A DNA stretch of 64,000 nt from assembly GCA_034659915.1 (NCBI GenBank), contig JAYEID010000002.1, forward strand, positions 2,089 to 66,088. The letters run 5' to 3'. Source of the DNA: Patescibacteria group bacterium (lineage in GTDB: Bacteria; Patescibacteriota; WWE3; JAUXAW01; JAYEID01). The notes under the pieces are model-generated. The model had not been told where the DNA came from. It saw only the letters and a list, made by a program, of their open reading frames with translations, and did no database searches. Numbering within the stretch: position 1 is the stretch's first letter; each line of letters opens with the position of its first letter. Below, one piece after another: positions 1-9,976 of this stretch. Both the position numbers and the translations under genes were made by a program.

Positions 1-357
1 TCTTTTCTTTGGTATTGTGTTATTGGGGAAATGTCCAGCACGGATTAATTCTATAAGAAGATCTTCAGCAATTTGGTGTGGATCTAACTTGGCGTTGAAT
101 CGGAAACCTAGTTCGGAAAGGAACCTTCTTTTTAAATTGCGTTCAATTGCTGTTCTCCGGATAAGATGCTCATCTTTCCAATCAATAATAATACGTAGCC
201 TTTCGTAAAAAGCAGCAACTTTAGAAGCTATAGTATCCACATGGATAGTTTGGAGAGATTCCTCTTCCTTTTTTTCATCTAGCTTTTGCTGATACTCTTC
301 TATAAATTGAAGAGTGTTTTGAGAAAAGCTCCTATCTTTCTGGTTATTTTTTGCCAT
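1..357 (-). CDS. hypothetical protein; N-terminus in window (ATG at 357), gene continues past position 1
   Basis: Open minus-strand frame from ATG at 357 (MAKNNQKDRSFSQNTLQFIEEYQQKLDEKK...) with no stop before the window edge. It is absent from the ORF track because no stop is reached. Translation was done by eye. Confidence 0.35.
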   Translation of the reverse strand, partial: MAKNNQKDRSFSQNTLQFIEEYQQKLDEKKEEESLQTIHVDTIASKVAAFYERLRIIIDWKDEHLIRRTAIERNLKRRFLSELGFRFNAKLDPHQIAEDLLIELIRAGHFPNNTIPKKR

Positions 358-1175
358 AGTAGTGTAGATTATACAGCAAAAATTAAGGTTAGTCTAACCC
401 AGATTAAAAATCCTGTAGTATTATAGACTTAAATTTGGCTGGAAAAAAGAAAAAAGCACCCCAATGGGATAGAGAAATCTATTCCCGCTTAGGGTGCTTG
501 GTGATGTGCAGTTATAGTGCCAGCACAATCAGTGGTGCTAGTGCATAGATGCTGAGTGTGAGCACTGTGAAACCTGAGATTAATAGGAACTTTCCCAAGT
601 TCCACGCTTTGCGCTGTTTCCAGAGCTCGGTGAGTATCCTTATGGTAAGTGCAAAGTAAGCCCCGGCTACTACTAGGTACGTTAGTCCTAGAGATAACCC
701 TAAGGGAACAATGACTATTTCTGGATTTATTCCGAGTTCAAACATCGAGCCCCTCCTAGACTTCTACAGGCTTTAACCGAAGTGATGCTGGAACCATTCC
801 TGTGATTTTTTGCAAGGTGCTTGGTTTTGGGTCAGTGTATAGAGTGGGCGAGGGACACGTGGCGGGTTTTTCCCATCCTTTTAGTAGAGAACTTCTCTTG
901 CAGTTACGGTGGCTACAACTAGCATAATTACAAACATGCGCTGATTGCTAGCTAACAGACCGTAAATAATAGCTGCTAAGTTCTCCTTGGCTTCTTTGGT
1001 AGGTTTCTTTGCTTGGCTTGCCAAGCAAGGTAGATAGCTAAACCCGTAAGCATAATTATTAGTACAACTACTTCATACAGGGGTGAAAAACCGTAAGGGA
1101 CTTTTGTAACGTCTTCCAAACTTTTGCCTGCGAGAAATCTAAGCTCCTTGTTGAGCATATGCTTGAAACTCCTTT

Positions 1176-1997
1176 CTAAAAAGCTACTGTTTCCAAGAGT
1201 TTTCTCACTTTTCGGAGTGATTTTCCCAACTCTTTTGGCTTTAACATAACTCTTGGTTCCCACAGAGTAGGCGGAATTTCAATAACCAAATCCCCTTCGA
1301 AACTCTCTAGGTAGCTAAGCATTCGCCACAGCTCTGTCTGATAGCCATCTAGGGTTCTTGTGAGTTCTTCTCTGCTCAAAGGTTGGATGTGTACTGCTTG
1401 GGAAATAGGGAACAGGGTTTCCCAAAATACTTCCCAAGGTTGAAGTGGGCTAGGTATCCCCTCTCGGTGCTCCCGCCGCATGTGTTTGGTGTCTAGAACA
1501 TAGGGCTTATCTGTTTCCAGACAAGATGCAGCTGCAAGATTTAAGTTTCCCGGAGGCATATCCAGCTCGGGGTGAATTTCCGTCAAGTAATTCCAAGACT
1601 TGTAACTTGCACTGGGGATTTCGTGCTTGATTAGCACTGCTTCGGGGAATGTTAACAGAAATTCCGAAGTCCGCAGAGTTGAAATTCGCGGATGTGGGAA
1701 AAGCAGAATGTCTTGCCACATGCTGGGCGTTCCCGCGTTTCCTTCTTCTCCGCGGAGGTGACGCCAGAGCGTGGTTCCGTTCCAGGCAAGCTCTGCGTAG
1801 CGTACAGGAATTTCTGCTTTTTCTAGAGCTGCTGCCGTTACGCCTTTGAATGGCAATACTTGCCAGAAGCTCGCACCAATTTCCTTGGTCATGGCCGCTG
1901 CAATGGGTATGGCGAAGGATCTTGCCAAAAAATCCCACAGCGGAAAAGCGCACCAAGGCAATAAACTTCCCAACGAAATTCCAATCTTTTCCTGCAC
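1176..1997 (-). CDS. hypothetical protein (273 aa), compositionally GC-richer than neighbours
   Basis: Long minus ORF with no recognisable motifs. Alternative overlapping frames (1507..1956, 1649..1849) are shorter. Start is uncertain. Confidence 0.3.
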   Translation of the reverse strand: MQEKIGISLGSLLPWCAFPLWDFLARSFAIPIAAAMTKEIGASFWQVLPFKGVTAAALEKAEIPVRYAELAWNGTTLWRHLRGEEGNAGTPSMWQDILLFPHPRISTLRTSEFLLTFPEAVLIKHEIPSASYKSWNYLTEIHPELDMPPGNLNLAAASCLETDKPYVLDTKHMRREHREGIPSPLQPWEVFWETLFPISQAVHIQPLSREELTRTLDGYQTELWRMLSYLESFEGDLVIEIPPTLWEPRVMLKPKELGKSLRKVRKLLETVAF

Positions 1998-2183
1998 TTT
2001 CTACCTACTATTTTCTTTGTGCTGCTTTTTAACGTGCTTCTGGTCTCTCTAAATGTAATTTTTATTATACCAGAGAAGAACTACAAATTAAACCTTATAA
2101 AATCCGGATAACCGTTCCTCCTTTTTTTTTCTCCTCTAGTGATTTTTAGTGTGCAACATATAGCATATAATACATAATATGTA

Positions 2184-2250
2184 ATATACAGTGTACAGTG
2201 TATAGTATACAGTATACAGTATACAGTATACAGTGCACTGTATATTGTAC
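2184..2250. repeat. tandem microsatellite, unit ~TATACAGT (about 6 units)
   Basis: Direct reading: tacagtgtacagtgtatagtatacagtatacagtatacagtatacagtgcactgtata. Confidence 0.8.
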
Positions 2251-2329
2251 ATTGGAGTTTGGGGTGTGCGTTGTTTTAGTGGTTTATGCTTTTATAATCT
2301 CATATAATCTCACGCTTCTGAGCGTAATT

Positions 2330-2660
2330 TCTCCTAATTTTAGCCGTAGGCTAAATTCTCTCTGCTATTTGTTATTTGTAATTTGGTATTTGTTGTTTAT
2401 TATTTCTTATCTCTTGTGTATCCACTGTGTTTCCTTTCTCTTTTCTTCAATTTCACGGGTCTGCCCGTAATTTTTAATTTCATGCCTCTGGGCTAATTTC
2501 TCTCCGCAATCCGCTCTCCGCTTTTGTAATTTGATATTTGTCATTTGTAATTTATTATCTCTTATCTCCTATCCCTTATCCCATATTCACTATTTCTTAT
2601 TCCATATCCCGTATCCAATATCTATTATTTCTTATTCACTTCCTAGTGTTGTGCTAAAAT
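2330..2660. repeat. pyrimidine-rich degenerate repeat block (TTATTTCTTATCC / TATCCCTTATCCC units), non-coding leader upstream of 2670 CDS
   Basis: Strong CT strand skew and short degenerate tandem units. Mirror-image AG-rich blocks occur at 27970-28140 and 28530-28610. Track ORF 2198..2470 is a low-complexity artefact. Confidence 0.6.
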
Positions 2661-2669
2661 ACGTCTGCA

Positions 2670-4283
2670 ATGAAAGTAGCAATTGGCTACCCTCCTTTTG
2701 ACAATCCCAAAGGTCGTGCGTTTTTGGCACAAAACAGGCAGTTTCAGTGGGGTACATCTCCTTGGACTGCTTACCCCGTTGTTCCCGCGTATGCCGCGTC
2801 TTTCCTGCAAGAGAAGGGTTATGAAGTATATTGGCTGGACGGGATTTGGGGTATGCAAACATACGCCGAATGGGAAAAAGATCTTTTGGAAATTAATCCC
2901 GATGTTTTGATGTTGGAGACCAAAACCCCGGTTATCAAACGCCATTGGGAGATTATTGATAGGTTGAAGGACATAACTTGCCCGCATTCCCTAGCCCCTG
3001 GGGCTGCGGCCAAAGAAGCCCCAGGGGCTTCTCCTGCGGGCAGTGGTCTAAGTATTGTTCTTGTTGGTGACCATGTGACTGCTTTGCCGGAGGAATCAAT
3101 GCAAAACAGCAAGGTGGATTATATCCTTACCGGTGGGGATTACGACTTTTTGCTTCTTAATCTTTGCAATCATCTTTCTAAAGGGGAAGATCTTGAACCC
3201 GGAATTTGGTATAGAAAGCCCGCTGCAGGGAAAGCCCCAGGGGCTGGACCTGCCTTGCCGGCAGGCAGGTCTGCAGAAGCCCCTGGGGCTGAGGAATGCA
3301 GCGGATCATCTCCTTCGGCCGACTATTCCTCCACCGGCCATTTTGTCCTCAACCACGACCTTAACGAACTCCCTTTTATTGACCGCGACCTTACCCAGTG
3401 GGAGCTTTACGCCTACCAAAATTCCAACTACGCGCGCACTCCCGGAACTTATACCATGTTTGGCCGTGACTGTTGGTGGGGTAAGTGCACATTTTGCAGC
3501 TGGACGACTTTGTATCCCGGAGAGCACTTTAGGGTAATGAGTGTTGAAAGGGCTTTGGACGAGGTAGGCCACATCCTTGAAAATTACCCAGTTCGTGAAA
3601 TTATGGATGATTCGGGTACTTTTCCAGTAGGCGAGTGGCTCACCGATTTTTGCCGCGGCATGATTGAGCGCGGGTATAATGAAAAAGTGCGGATTAGTTG
3701 TAATATGCGTTTTAATGCCGGATTGGACAAGGAGGATTACGAGCTGATGCGGGAGGCGGGTTTTCGCTTTTTGCTTTACGGTTTGGAATCTTACAACCAA
3801 GAAACTTTGGATAGAATTCAGAAAAACCTTAAAGTGGAGCAAATTGAGCCCCAACTCAAGTGGGCAAAAGAGGCGGGCTTAAACCCCCACCCTACGGCAA
3901 TGGTTGGCTACCCTTGGGAAAGTAAAGAGGAGGCAAAGCGCACCCTGAACTTTGCCCGGGAAATGTTTAAAAAAGGCTATAGCGATACTTTGCAAGCAAC
4001 CATTGTTACTCCCTACCCCGGTACACCGCTGTTCCGCGAGGCGGAGGAAAAAGGCTGGCTCAAAACTAAAGATTGGGATCGTTATGACATGCGCGAACCA
4101 ATTTTAAAAACAGAAATGAGTGACGAAGAAATAAAAGGCTTGGTGCAAGGCTTGTATAAATCTGTACTTACGCCGAAATTTATTGCGCGCAAAGCATGGG
4201 AAGCTCTAACTGACTGGGAAACTTTTAAATACTACTTCCGCATGATGCGAAAGTTTTTTAGCAAACTGGTGGACTTCCGCTGA
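2670..4283 (+). CDS. B12-binding-domain/radical-SAM-like protein (C-x4-C-x2-C cysteine cluster) carrying two in-frame REP-like inserts
   Basis: N-terminal Rossmann-like segment (VAIGYPPFDNPKGRAF...KGYEVYWLDG). Cys cluster CWWGKCTFCSW followed by YGLESYNQETLDRI, typical of class-B radical SAM enzymes. Family-A palindromic elements at 2982-3040 and 3222-3303 are translated as ...APGAAAKEAPGASPAGSG... and ...AGKAPGAGPALPAGRSAEAPGAEECSGSS. Confidence 0.5.
   Translation: MKVAIGYPPFDNPKGRAFLAQNRQFQWGTSPWTAYPVVPAYAASFLQEKGYEVYWLDGIWGMQTYAEWEKDLLEINPDVLMLETKTPVIKRHWEIIDRLKDITCPHSLAPGAAAKEAPGASPAGSGLSIVLVGDHVTALPEESMQNSKVDYILTGGDYDFLLLNLCNHLSKGEDLEPGIWYRKPAAGKAPGAGPALPAGRSAEAPGAEECSGSSPSADYSSTGHFVLNHDLNELPFIDRDLTQWELYAYQNSNYARTPGTYTMFGRDCWWGKCTFCSWTTLYPGEHFRVMSVERALDEVGHILENYPVREIMDDSGTFPVGEWLTDFCRGMIERGYNEKVRISCNMRFNAGLDKEDYELMREAGFRFLLYGLESYNQETLDRIQKNLKVEQIEPQLKWAKEAGLNPHPTAMVGYPWESKEEAKRTLNFAREMFKKGYSDTLQATIVTPYPGTPLFREAEEKGWLKTKDWDRYDMREPILKTEMSDEEIKGLVQGLYKSVLTPKFIARKAWEALTDWETFKYYFRMMRKFFSKLVDFR
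2982..3040. repeat. family-A GC-rich double palindrome (AGCCCCWGGGGCT cores), in-frame inside CDS 2670..4283
   Basis: ccgcattccctagcccctggggctgcggccaaagaagccccaggggcttctcctgcggg. The core GAAGCCCCWGGGGCTTC is self-complementary except for the centre base. Confidence 0.85.
3222..3303. repeat. family-A element (opposite orientation) with nested family-D hairpin CCTGCCTTGCCGGCAGGCAGG, in-frame inside CDS 2670..4283
   Basis: gctgcagggaaagccccaggggctggacctgccttgccggcaggcaggtctgcagaagcccctggggctgaggaatgcagcgg. Confidence 0.85.
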
Positions 4284-4329
4284 AACTAGGAAAATTCAAA
4301 CGAAGTGAAGAGTTTTCCTTCAGTTGAAG

Positions 4330-4375
4330 CGGCCCCGTACCGTATCCCGACTTGTCGGGATTCTGGTTCGGGGTC
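4330..4375. repeat. nested cruciform-type hairpin (family F core ATCCCGACTTGTCGGGAT inside CCCCGTACC/GGTTCGGGG stem) in GC-rich spacer between radical-SAM-like gene and uxs-like gene
   Basis: ggccccgtaccgtatcccgacttgtcgggattctggttcggggtc. The same CCCGAC..GTCGGG core recurs at 29568-29586 and 29628-29648 inside CDS 29007..30950. Confidence 0.6.
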
Positions 4376-4513
4376 AATGGGGAGTAGCGACGTTTACGCT
4401 GCACTCCACAATCCGCGGGAATCCAGTACAAATCAGCGAAAATCCGTAACAACTGCGGAATGCGGAAAGCTGTGTGCGGATAACCGAAACCACAATAGTT
4501 AACTAGTACAATT

Positions 4514-5467
4514 ATGAACAACAGAAAGAAAATTTTAATAACCGGAGTGACCGGGTTTATTGGGACTAATTTGGTTAAAGAATTACTTTCCCGCGGGCAT
4601 AAGGTTGTCGGTATAGACAATTTTTACGCTAGCTCGCGGGAGCGCTTGCAGCTTTTTGCGGATGAAGAAAATTTCCGCTTTCTGGAAGCGGATATCCGCA
4701 ATCCGTTGGAAATAGAAGGGGAAATTGACCAAATTTATAACCTCGCCTGCCCAGCTTCCCCACCTGTTTACCAAAAAGAGCCCCTTTACACTCTAGAAAC
4801 AAATATTATGGGGATGAAAAATGTGTTGGAACTGGCAGAGGAAAAGGGGGCAAAAGTTTTGCAAGCTAGCACATCCGAAGTTTACGGCGACCCAAAAAAA
4901 CACCCGCAAAAAGAGACTTACTGGGGAAATGTAAACCCGGTGGGACCGCGCAGCTGTTATGATGAGGGCAAGCGGGCAGCAGAGACTTTTTGCCTTGAAT
5001 ATTTTAACCGCGGGGTGGATGTGCGCGTCGCGCGCATTTTTAATACTTACGGGCCGTATATGAGTCCGGACGACGGGCGAGTGGTAACCAATTTTATTAC
5101 TCAGGCGTTAAATGATGAGGATTTAACAATTTACGGTGACGGGGAGCAAACGCGGAGCTTTTGTTTTGTAGATGATTTGGTGCGCGGTTTGGTTAAATTT
5201 ATGAATTATGAGGGGGAGCTTTTTGGACCCTTGAATTTGGGTAATCCGGTGGAATACACCATTTTGGAACTGGCGGACAAGGTGCTTGCGCTCCTGCCGG
5301 AAAGCTCCAGTGAACTTACCTACGAACCTTTGCCGGAGGACGACCCGCAAAAACGCCGCCCGGATATCTCCCGCGCAAAACAAAAACTCTCCTGGCAGCC
5401 GGAGGTTGGGTTGGAGGAAGGTTTGAAAAAGACGCTTCAGTATATAAAATATAAATGTTCGGAATAG
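4514..5467 (+). CDS. UDP-glucuronate decarboxylase (UDP-xylose synthase), SDR family NAD-dependent epimerase/dehydratase
   Basis: GVTGFIGTNLV Rossmann motif, catalytic YDEGKR (YxxxK), and STSEVYGDP, a strong match to the UXS/ArnA-decarboxylase family. RBS-like sequence upstream. Confidence 0.85.
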   Translation: MNNRKKILITGVTGFIGTNLVKELLSRGHKVVGIDNFYASSRERLQLFADEENFRFLEADIRNPLEIEGEIDQIYNLACPASPPVYQKEPLYTLETNIMGMKNVLELAEEKGAKVLQASTSEVYGDPKKHPQKETYWGNVNPVGPRSCYDEGKRAAETFCLEYFNRGVDVRVARIFNTYGPYMSPDDGRVVTNFITQALNDEDLTIYGDGEQTRSFCFVDDLVRGLVKFMNYEGELFGPLNLGNPVEYTILELADKVLALLPESSSELTYEPLPEDDPQKRRPDISRAKQKLSWQPEVGLEEGLKKTLQYIKYKCSE

Positions 5468-5507
5468 GTTGTACCCATACCTATAAGAAGACCAACTAAT
5501 TTTTATC

Positions 5508-7763
5508 ATGATTGCAGATCTTTTGAAGAAAAATTATTTTGATAAAGTTCTCAAATATGCTTTCTTAGTACTTCTTTCTTTTACTTCTCTTTATCCTTTC
5601 TTGTCAAAGTATCTTTTTGACTTTTCTCTCAGCAATCGTCTCAAAATATGTTTAATTGCAGTAACAAGTCTGCTCGGCATCGGCTTGTTTTGGAGAGATA
5701 GAAAGGAAATAGTAAAGAAAGTACATTCAGAAAAGGAACAAGAAAAAAGAGCAGAAGAAAAGAGAAAAGAAGAATTCAAAAACAAATATCCCAAAATAAA
5801 TAATATTCCAATTGTTAAAAATATTTTTGGATGGATGTATAAAGAGGGTTGGGTTTTTTCTTTGGGGTTAGGTTTGATTATTTTAACAGGTTGCCTTGTT
5901 TACACTCACAATATCAATTATGAATTTAGGGAAGATGAGTACCAAGTTATTGGTTCTGCTGCAGGTTATTACTACACTTCAGAGTTTTATGTTTGGGACT
6001 GGCTAAAAGGGGCGCAAGGTAGTAGACATTACGACCGGGCGTGGCCCCATACATGGTTTGTTGCCCAGTCGTACAGAATTTTTGGTATTTCTGAATTTTC
6101 TTCGCGCATAGTTTCCGTTTTATTTGGGTTGATATTTTTAGTTAGTGTTTATTTTGTGACTAAATATTTTTGGGAGAGTAAAAAATTAGCTCTTCTTACT
6201 ACAGTGTCATTTGTATTTTATTCGCGGTTTATAGATATTTTTAGATACACACGGATGTATGCCGTTTTAATTCCTATTTTCTTACTCCTGTTTTACTTTA
6301 TTTATAGGAGTATTACCGAGAGCAGGAAAGTAAATATAAAATTAAAGCCCCTGGGAAGATTTATAGAAAACAATCTAGATTTTAATTGGAAGGCTTCGTT
6401 CCTTGCTTTGCTCTTTCTGATTCTAAATTATTTTATCCACATTAATTCACTCGTACTGTTACCAGTATTATTGTTGTTTATTATTTACTTAGCAATAGTG
6501 AAAAAAGAGCGCAAGTATATTTTTGTAGGTTTCTTGGGGCTTGTCATTACCTTTTCTGTATTTTTACTTTATTATTTCGGTTTTACGGAACGATTTTTGC
6601 ATCATATTTCTTTTTTCGGAAGAAATAATCGTATTTACTTAAAATATCTAACCAGTTTCCCTTTTATTAAGGAAGCCGGAATTACACTTCTTTTAGTAGG
6701 ATTAATATATCCCTTAATTTTTAGCAAGGAAAAAAGATCGAAGTTGGTATATTCCTATCTAACTGTATCTCTATCCTTAGTTTTCTTTATATGGATCGCT
6801 GATCGGTATTCCCATTTTTATTACATTTCTCACATTGTGCCAATCTCGATTATTCTGATTCTTTTTTCTTATTATCTCGTTATCAAACTCTTTGATTTAA
6901 AAGTAATAAAAATATTCTTGTATTGTCTTCCTGGTTTTTTAATCCTTTTTAATTTTTATAATAGTTTAGAAACTCTTTATGCTGATGAACACAGTTACGG
7001 ACGGTTTCGCGAGGCGTATAGAGTGATTGTTGAAAATTACAACCCCGAGGAAGATGTTTTGTTTGGGCAATACCTTAGAACATATTATTTAAGAGAACTT
7101 GGGGATGATCTTACAGCTATAAGTATGCGCAACAAGCGTAAGTACGATTTTTTTGAGTTTTTGGAGGATCTAGGTAAATGTAAGTCTGGTTGGGTAACTT
7201 GGGAAACTAGGAAGGGTTATCACATTCAGGAGGATATTATAGATTATATTGAAGAAAACTTTGAGAAATATCACGGTCAGGGAGTGGATAATACTAATGT
7301 CGAAGTTTATTATTTTAATCAGGACATGGTTAAAGAGTTTAGGAGTATGGCTTCTTACAGTGGAAAAGAGCTAGTGGAAGAGGCGTCGGATACAAAAGGG
7401 GTTATTTACAATAATGACTATGATTTTGTCCAACCTGCTGAATACAATCAGCCAGGGTACTTGGAGTATGAGATTGACATACTGGAGCCTGTGGCCAATC
7501 TTAGTATATGGTGGAATGCTTTTGTTCTTTACGAGGGTAATTATATAAAACTGTGGTATTCTAACGATGCAAAAAATTACGAATTGCTAGAACGTCTTGA
7601 AGGGTCGAAGAAAGGTTTGCGGAGAAAAGGCTTTTTGGATATTCCTTGGGATGAGGAGTACCCAGCTCTTTACTTAAGGGTGGAGTTGTTTGCAAACCAA
7701 GAAACAAGTGCGGTTAAATTTGATTCTCGTATTACGGAGTTTAAGGTCTATTCTACCTTTTGA
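5508..7763 (+). CDS. multi-pass membrane protein (GT-C/PMT-ArnT-like architecture) with conserved ~130-aa C-terminal soluble domain shared with CDS 14849..16891
   Basis: More than 10 predicted TM helices. The C-terminus YSGKELVEEASDTKGVIYNNDYDFVQPAEYNQPGYLEYE...LYLRVELFANQETSAVKFDSR aligns almost residue-for-residue with the C-terminus of the 680-aa protein at 14849..16891. Confidence 0.5.
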   Translation: MIADLLKKNYFDKVLKYAFLVLLSFTSLYPFLSKYLFDFSLSNRLKICLIAVTSLLGIGLFWRDRKEIVKKVHSEKEQEKRAEEKRKEEFKNKYPKINNIPIVKNIFGWMYKEGWVFSLGLGLIILTGCLVYTHNINYEFREDEYQVIGSAAGYYYTSEFYVWDWLKGAQGSRHYDRAWPHTWFVAQSYRIFGISEFSSRIVSVLFGLIFLVSVYFVTKYFWESKKLALLTTVSFVFYSRFIDIFRYTRMYAVLIPIFLLLFYFIYRSITESRKVNIKLKPLGRFIENNLDFNWKASFLALLFLILNYFIHINSLVLLPVLLLFIIYLAIVKKERKYIFVGFLGLVITFSVFLLYYFGFTERFLHHISFFGRNNRIYLKYLTSFPFIKEAGITLLLVGLIYPLIFSKEKRSKLVYSYLTVSLSLVFFIWIADRYSHFYYISHIVPISIILILFSYYLVIKLFDLKVIKIFLYCLPGFLILFNFYNSLETLYADEHSYGRFREAYRVIVENYNPEEDVLFGQYLRTYYLRELGDDLTAISMRNKRKYDFFEFLEDLGKCKSGWVTWETRKGYHIQEDIIDYIEENFEKYHGQGVDNTNVEVYYFNQDMVKEFRSMASYSGKELVEEASDTKGVIYNNDYDFVQPAEYNQPGYLEYEIDILEPVANLSIWWNAFVLYEGNYIKLWYSNDAKNYELLERLEGSKKGLRRKGFLDIPWDEEYPALYLRVELFANQETSAVKFDSRITEFKVYSTF

Positions 7764-7804
7764 GTTAGCCCCGGTTTAACTACGGGTCAGAAGGTGATAT
7801 TGAG

Positions 7805-9001
7805 CTATAGTAACTTTTTAACTTCTCTCCAATTCAAAAATACATAGGGAATGTAGGAGGCAGAGGTTGCAACAGCCGCACCTCCGGCCCCGTAGCTAGG
7901 AATTAACAGAAGATTAAGAGCTAAATTGAGAACAGCTGCTATGCTGAGGTTCGCTGCTCTCTTGTTTGCTAATCCTTGGTAGTCTAAAAGAGATGATAAA
8001 AATACCGAATAAGAACTTAGTAACATATAAGGTGTAAGTAAAATTAGGATGGTTGTTGATTTGCTGTAATCCGCTCCGAAAATCAAGGGAATGAAATACC
8101 AACCCAGCGTTAAAATTCCCAGTGTTATTACCCCAAATATAGCAGTATTGTATTTAAGTAATTTATAAAAAGTTTTTCTCAACTTTCTCCTGTTACTATT
8201 GTTTAATTTTGCAAATATAGGCATTGTGCCGGTGGCGATTGCCAAAGAAATATGCGGTAAGTTTGTAACAACTTGTTTGGCAACTGAAAACACCCCGACC
8301 TCCGTGTCTGTGCTAAGAAAACCCAACATTGTTGTGTCTAATTCTGTCATTACTATAAATCCTAAGTTGATGAGGAACAAGGGAAAACTATATTTCAAAA
8401 TTTTCTTTTCAAATTTCTTTTTTGATGGTTGTCTCCGTTTGTAAAATTTAAGAAATAAAAGTACTAATCCAATTACAGAAGTTAGTAAAAAAGCGAGATT
8501 AAAAGAATAAATGACATTTAAAACATTAGCCGAATAAATAAATAGTAAAAATACAAAGAGAAGTTTTAAACCATATTCTAAAAAGTTGATCATAAAATGA
8601 TATTTTAAACGGTGTAACCCTTGGAAAACACTTTTTAAATATTCTGTTAAGCCTTTAAGTATAAATAAAGGGGAAGCAAGTAAAAATAAAGTTTTCAAAT
8701 CAGGACGATTTAGGAATACTGCAATTTGTTTGTGAGCAATAAAAAAAGAAACAGCAATTATAATACTAAACAAAAACCTAAGTTTTAAGGAGGCTTTCAA
8801 TACATTCCCTAATAAATCTGTCTTATTAAATCGAGCAAGGAAAACCCTGATAGAAGGATTAATACCAAGATACGAAAATACTAATAGTATTGAAATTATG
8901 GAATAAAAATAAGACCAGGTTCCAAAAGCTTTTACTCCCAATCGGCGGGCAAGAAGTATATTTAAAGCAAAGTAAAATACAAACCCAACACCTTGGGCCA
9001 T
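7805..9001 (-). CDS. Wzx-like oligosaccharide flippase (MOP superfamily polysaccharide biosynthesis protein)
   Basis: About 12 TM helices. N-terminal region ...NILLARRLGVKAFGTWSYFYS... is typical of Wzx/RfbX flippases. Confidence 0.6.
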   Translation of the reverse strand: MAQGVGFVFYFALNILLARRLGVKAFGTWSYFYSIISILLVFSYLGINPSIRVFLARFNKTDLLGNVLKASLKLRFLFSIIIAVSFFIAHKQIAVFLNRPDLKTLFLLASPLFILKGLTEYLKSVFQGLHRLKYHFMINFLEYGLKLLFVFLLFIYSANVLNVIYSFNLAFLLTSVIGLVLLFLKFYKRRQPSKKKFEKKILKYSFPLFLINLGFIVMTELDTTMLGFLSTDTEVGVFSVAKQVVTNLPHISLAIATGTMPIFAKLNNSNRRKLRKTFYKLLKYNTAIFGVITLGILTLGWYFIPLIFGADYSKSTTILILLTPYMLLSSYSVFLSSLLDYQGLANKRAANLSIAAVLNLALNLLLIPSYGAGGAAVATSASYIPYVFLNWREVKKLL

Positions 9002-9061
9002 AAAACTCCAAATTGTCTCTTTAAACAGTTTTTTTTTTGAGAATAAATCTTTTTAATTTTT

Positions 9062-9976
9062 TTAACATTTCCAGTGTGATAAGTCTTTATTTAATAATTT
9101 CTCTAGATTTTCAATATCTTCTTGATAAAAATTTTTTAAATAATTTTCTGTTTGTGTATCGATCTTTTGATGTTTTCTTCTTTTAGTAATGAATTGCATA
9201 ATAAATTTTTTGATTCCAATGTTTTTCAATAACCTTATTAGCCAAGAAAGATTGAGACTGATTAATAACTCAGAGAATATACCCATTAGTCTGGGTATAC
9301 TTGTGGTTTTTACTGATTTAGAAGCATTTGTTCGTTTTTCCAACCCTTCCGGTTCAAAAGAGCCATCTACTTCTAAGAATTGATATACGTCTTTTATGGT
9401 TTTGTCGGGTTCATTTTTAATTTTCTTGAACAAGATTATATGCATTTGAGACTTATTAAAATATTTTAAATATCTCGTTAGTTGTTTATAATAAAGTCCT
9501 CTTTCTCTATATTCTTCTTCTACTCTTACAACTTTTTCAAAAGATCTTTCTTCGACTTTATAGTATTTATTGTATACTCGATACTGAGAATATGCCCTAT
9601 TTATAGGATTTCTTAAGCATATTATTATTTTAATGTTGGGAAAGTGTTTATAAATATTTCTTGGGGCGTATTTATCAAATAAGTAGATTGTGGAAAATTC
9701 ACCTTGTTTTTGATTTGTTTTACAATGAGCAAAACGTTTTCGATACCAATTAAATGATTTTTTGTAATTTTCATTCATTGAGTTATGAATATAGCTTCTT
9801 TTCTTATTAAAATAACAAATTTCCTTAGGTACTGAAATACAAATTTTTGGATGCTGATCTAGTTTTTCTGCTAACCAAGTTGTTCCAGACCTTTGAGCAC
9901 CAATTCCTATGAAATTCAATTTTATTTTGTTATTTAATTTTGATTTCATTATTTTTTTATTCCTATTACTATGCAC
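9062..9976 (-). CDS. sulfotransferase family protein
   Basis: PAPS 5'-phosphosulfate-binding-type motif IGAQRSGTTWL near the N-terminus. Size and context fit a carbohydrate sulfotransferase. Confidence 0.65.
   Translation of the reverse strand: MHSNRNKKIMKSKLNNKIKLNFIGIGAQRSGTTWLAEKLDQHPKICISVPKEICYFNKKRSYIHNSMNENYKKSFNWYRKRFAHCKTNQKQGEFSTIYLFDKYAPRNIYKHFPNIKIIICLRNPINRAYSQYRVYNKYYKVEERSFEKVVRVEEEYRERGLYYKQLTRYLKYFNKSQMHIILFKKIKNEPDKTIKDVYQFLEVDGSFEPEGLEKRTNASKSVKTTSIPRLMGIFSELLISLNLSWLIRLLKNIGIKKFIMQFITKRRKHQKIDTQTENYLKNFYQEDIENLEKLLNKDLSHWKC

Noticed and set aside
1507-1956. Alternative-frame and antisense ORFs inside longer genes (for example 1507..1956, 3306..3854, 23730..24116, 17016..17294, 42270..42847)
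   Set aside because: They lie within or antisense to longer ORFs that have clear family motifs. Several are generated by the GC-rich palindromic inserts, which are open in multiple frames. None has an independent signature.
2198-2470. Track ORF of 90 aa in the 2.0-2.7 kb non-coding region
   Set aside because: It lies entirely within a TATACAGT microsatellite and CT-rich degenerate repeats. The translation is low-complexity (YSIQYTVYSIQCTVY...), so it is an artefact of repeat DNA.
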